DNA of 64,000 nt from Phoronis australis (lineage: Eukaryota > Animalia > Phoronida). The notes below the pieces were generated by a model, which did no database searches, was not told where the DNA came from, and worked only from the letters and a program-made list of their open reading frames with translations. Below are positions 60,761 to 64,000 of this stretch, one piece after another. The stretch spans positions 62,001-126,000 of the forward strand of contig NMRA01000541.1 in assembly GCA_002633005.1 (NCBI GenBank). The letters are read 5' to 3'. Numbering within the stretch: position 1 is the first letter of the stretch; every line of letters starts with the position of its first letter. Both the position numbers and the translations under genes were made by a program.

Positions 60761-61833
60761 GGCTGTTTGTTCTGCAAGTGTTGGCACTGCCGTACAGCAA
60801 TCTGACTGCTGAGCTGTNAGAGAAGGGCAAGTCATCATACTGGCTGTTTGTTCTGCAAGTGTTGGCACTGCCGTACAGCAATCTGACTGCTGAGATGTTC
60901 AAGAAACATGTTGATCTACATACCCAAGAATGAATAGCTCCAGAATGTTCTCCATGTCCTCTCTCAAGTAACAACCTATCTTGGCTTGACGAACTTGTAT
61001 CTTCACCATACATTACAGAAACTCACAGCTTACAAGTGTATCAGAAAACACTGCGATTTGTAAATTCTATGACAAGTTCATATTCATAGGCGAGGTGCTC
61101 ATGTTAATTTACCAGTTGAAATGGTCTTTCACAAGCTAGTAACTTGCAATCTGTTATACTAGAGTGTCTGCATTGAATGGGAAGGATTCATTAAGTTGTT
61201 AGTTTGTTCTGTCAATTCCTTCCTGTGTATGTTTGACGTTGTAATTTGTGGGATTCTGCTCTCGACTGGCTTTAAATGTGATTTTAAAGCCTTGATATTT
61301 GTGGTCATGGCTGAATTGCTGTTCAAAGACCTGTGACTATGATAAAGCTTCAGTTAGAAGCCTGGGCATTAATAAATTTCTGACATGATCTTGATTGGAT
61401 GTATTTTTAATTACTAAGCCAAACCTACGATGAAAAACAGAAAACATCCTCATTATCAATCATCCCCAAGGATGTGTCAGGGTATTAAAGAATTTTTACA
61501 GCATTTCTTACATAATTCATGTTCTCAATGGAAATAACATACTTTGTGCCAATTTTTATTGGGACATCCCATAGCTCCTATATCAGCTGAATGCTTTTGG
61601 GACACCTGATATTACCACCACTGTTGAAGGTGAAACTGCTATTCCTAGGCAAATCTCAAACACTTGTATTGCTAAGCAATTTCATATATTGTGTTATACA
61701 GTCCTTCAAACATATCTTGAAAAGAAACAGAAGTATTGTTATGGTAATCCTATAATTCAAATGTCATGCCTCTGGCCACCGTATGGCTTCTCAATTAGAG
61801 AGACATTGTCCCTTTATTAAAGGCATCTCTACT

Positions 61834-62115
61834 CAGTAGCGGATCTAGGATACCATAAGGGGTGCCCAACATGTTGCCTTGGGGAATTGGGCAAAGCGCG
61901 ATTGTATGTGCACAGGGGCCCGAAAGTTACGGGGGCCGGGATGTGGACGTTCCCTTCAGAAAATCTATCGGTGGACACGATTCCTCTGGTATGTGAGCCC
62001 CCCTCATCCGCTACCGGTCCTAGTTGCTGAACTCTATATTTCCTCACGGTTCACGCTGTTGCTGCTTCATTTTGCGTGCGGCAGCCGGGGGGCGACCCCC
62101 CTAAATCCTCCTATG
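61834..62115 (+). mobile_element. MITE CAGTAGCGGAT..ATCCTCCTATG with 5-bp TSD (ctact)
   Basis: ctact on both flanks; same family as 45757-46064. Confidence 0.85.
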
Positions 62116-62485
62116 CTACTTAATGTTTTAAGTTCAAACGCACGACATGTTTAAGAGTTCTCGCAAATCCCTACTCGTACTTGGCTAAGAAGTGCAAGAA
62201 ACATTCATTTCCCTGTATGAAGGCCATTACCGATGTAAGGTAAAAAACAGAAAAACACGGTCAAACGCATTAAAATGATGCTGTGGTCAGTAAAATTTAT
62301 TCAATAAATTTTGAAAAGACTTTTTCACTGACCAATTTAATGCATTTTACGGCGTTTTAGTTTTTAGTACTTCAAAGAACAAACAATAACAGGCAACAAC
62401 TTTCTCACAAAAAACAACTTTTAGCATATCCTGTCTTCACCGAGCATTTGACATAAAAATATATATTATAAAAATGGCCAGCACT

Positions 62486-62604
62486 CAGGGACACATCCAG
62501 AATTTTGAGTTAGGGGGGCCAGGGAGGAGTATTAGCCCGTCAGACATTTGCACCCCCGTACTAGGGGAGGGCATGGCCCCCTTACCCCCTTAAATTCCCC
62601 TTTG
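62486..62604. mobile_element. Short degenerate CAGGG..TG MITE
   Basis: G/C-run layout like the other MITEs; flanks gcact/gtact (4 of 5). Confidence 0.45.
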
Positions 62605-63190
62605 GTACTGCCTCGTATAAAAACAACCTCACAATCTACACGACAGCCTGTCTCCACTGAGCAAGACTGTAATAGCAACTGGTACATCTTCAGTGATCAA
62701 GCGAATAAAACCTACAACTGTTGGCACAGCACTGAAAATCACCGTGACTCCAAGGTCACAGTCATCCACTCCTCGTCACTCACATCATTGCCTCGTTTAT
62801 ATTTATGACAATTTGACGTTGCATGCTATTCTAACGCAGAAGCCACCGTTATACTGTTGCTGTGCGCTACACTCCACAGAGGTGGATTATGATTCATTTA
62901 ATTGATACGAGTGTGAATGTTAACTTGTCCCTTATTCGTCAAATGCAAAGTGGGATGGCTAATGACCTTTTAGGCTAGTCACGAATATCGGGTCAGTTGG
63001 GGCGTAAACTGACTGACATCGAAGCATACGTCATAGCTGAGCAAATGACAACGTCTTATTGGTCCCACAGTGATGGGGCGGTAACTTGACACACTTGGGA
63101 AGTACATTTCGAGTCAACTCTGACGCGCCTCGATGACTCGTAACGTGTCTGAAAAGACCCGTCAGAAGGTGACGCTAGGGGCGTTCCATA

Positions 63191-63525
63191 TCTCGCTTCA
63201 AAAACGCATTTCTCGGGGTTGGCGACGGGGCACTGCCGGGAATCAACAGCGACGGTATGGTACCCTTCTTCAGGCGTTGTTTCGCAGGGACCTTCATCAG
63301 TTCAGCGTGCATATCTGTCATAATCTGACGGCAGAAAATGCGTCCCACACACTCGGTAACCCTCCACTGCTTTGTACGTTGTGTGAACGGGTAGCGCTGC
63401 GTTCTTCACAAACGAGCTAGCCAAGTAGCGCGAAGTGCGTCATCCTTCGGAAAGCGACGCAAGGTACCCAAAGCGCGTGTGAGACGATAATGAGTACATC
63501 CCGACACGCAGCAACAGCGTGGCAT
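63191..63525 (-). pseudogene. THAP-domain transposase 5' remnant, cut at the IS3EU right TIR
   Basis: MPRCCCVSGC..RRFPKDDALRATWLARL*R..(frameshift) YRVCGTHFLPSDYD..AELM..QRLKKGTIPSL: full THAP signature. Confidence 0.8.
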
Positions 63526-64000
63526 GTTGACTGACTTGTAAACAAAAGCAAACCACGACCGAACTTATCACAACCGAGGTAGAACAATGACTGACCAGAC
63601 AGCTCTCACAGTCAGACTATAATGAAAAAAAACTGGCGCGAAATTCTTGCCTCCCAAAACGTCACTCCCGGAGTAGACGACGAGTAATTAATTAAATTAC
63701 GAAAAGCAGTAAATAAGTAAAAAATGTGTCTGGGATAATCAACGAACCTTATTTTTGCTAAAAGTGACATGAAAAAGGGTTGCCTTCGCTTTTAAACCTA
63801 ATAATTCCACGAAGTCTATCCTATTCATAAATAATTCCAAATGAGTGCTTCGCCTGTAAAATCAATAATGTCAGCAAATGTGCGGCAGACAACGATGAGA
63901 GCAGATGATTTGTTCTCAAAAGTTCGCTTCTTGAGCGGAAGGCAGCCATGCTTTAAACAAGACAATAATAAATACAACGCAACAACAAAAAGTAAATGAT

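Larger units (their letters stand above)
49093..63190 (+). mobile_element. IS3EU-type DNA transposon TIR pair bracketing 14.1 kb (composite or duplicated interior)
   Basis: ~57-bp TIR TATGGAACGCCCCTAGCGTCACCTT.TGACGGGTCTTTT at 49093 and inverted ending ..GGGGCGTTCCATA at 63190; TAY..RTA termini; spliced HTH + integrase-core gene inside; flanks ccagta/tctcgc give no TSD. Confidence 0.8.

Overview
AT-rich eukaryotic DNA with GT-AG introns and a transposon set typical of marine invertebrates; it is not prokaryotic, and no rRNA, tRNA or CRISPR array was seen. Most of the window is nested, decayed transposable elements. (1) An L1/Tx1-type endonuclease remnant and a miniature Kolobok-like element at 0-3.3 kb. 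(2) A four-layer nest at 4.6-17.7 kb: a tandem-repeat element contains a fragment of an unclassified non-coding element 'X', which contains a two-LTR Gypsy retrotransposon, whose RT is split at a TA by a complete 5.1-kb copy of X with 67-bp TIRs. A DIRS-type RNase H patch sits at the right junction. (3) One apparently intact 758-bp host exon (ZU5-like) at 18.6-19.3 kb. (4) Two ISL2EU-type derivatives, two solo LTRs, self-nested pogo/Tc2-like elements with a HIRAN-like remnant, a third X copy abutting a BEL/Pao gag, several CA..TG MITEs with 5-7 bp TSDs, and Helentron-like (HINE) repeats. (5) An IS3EU-type TIR pair bracketing 14.1 kb with a spliced HTH + integrase-core transposase pseudogene, partly duplicated in tandem, probably from haplotype or assembly artefacts (N gaps, single-N joins). 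All family assignments come from motifs recognised by eye, not database searches. Nothing here is proven to be a new biological system; the best candidates are element X and the HIRAN-like cargo.
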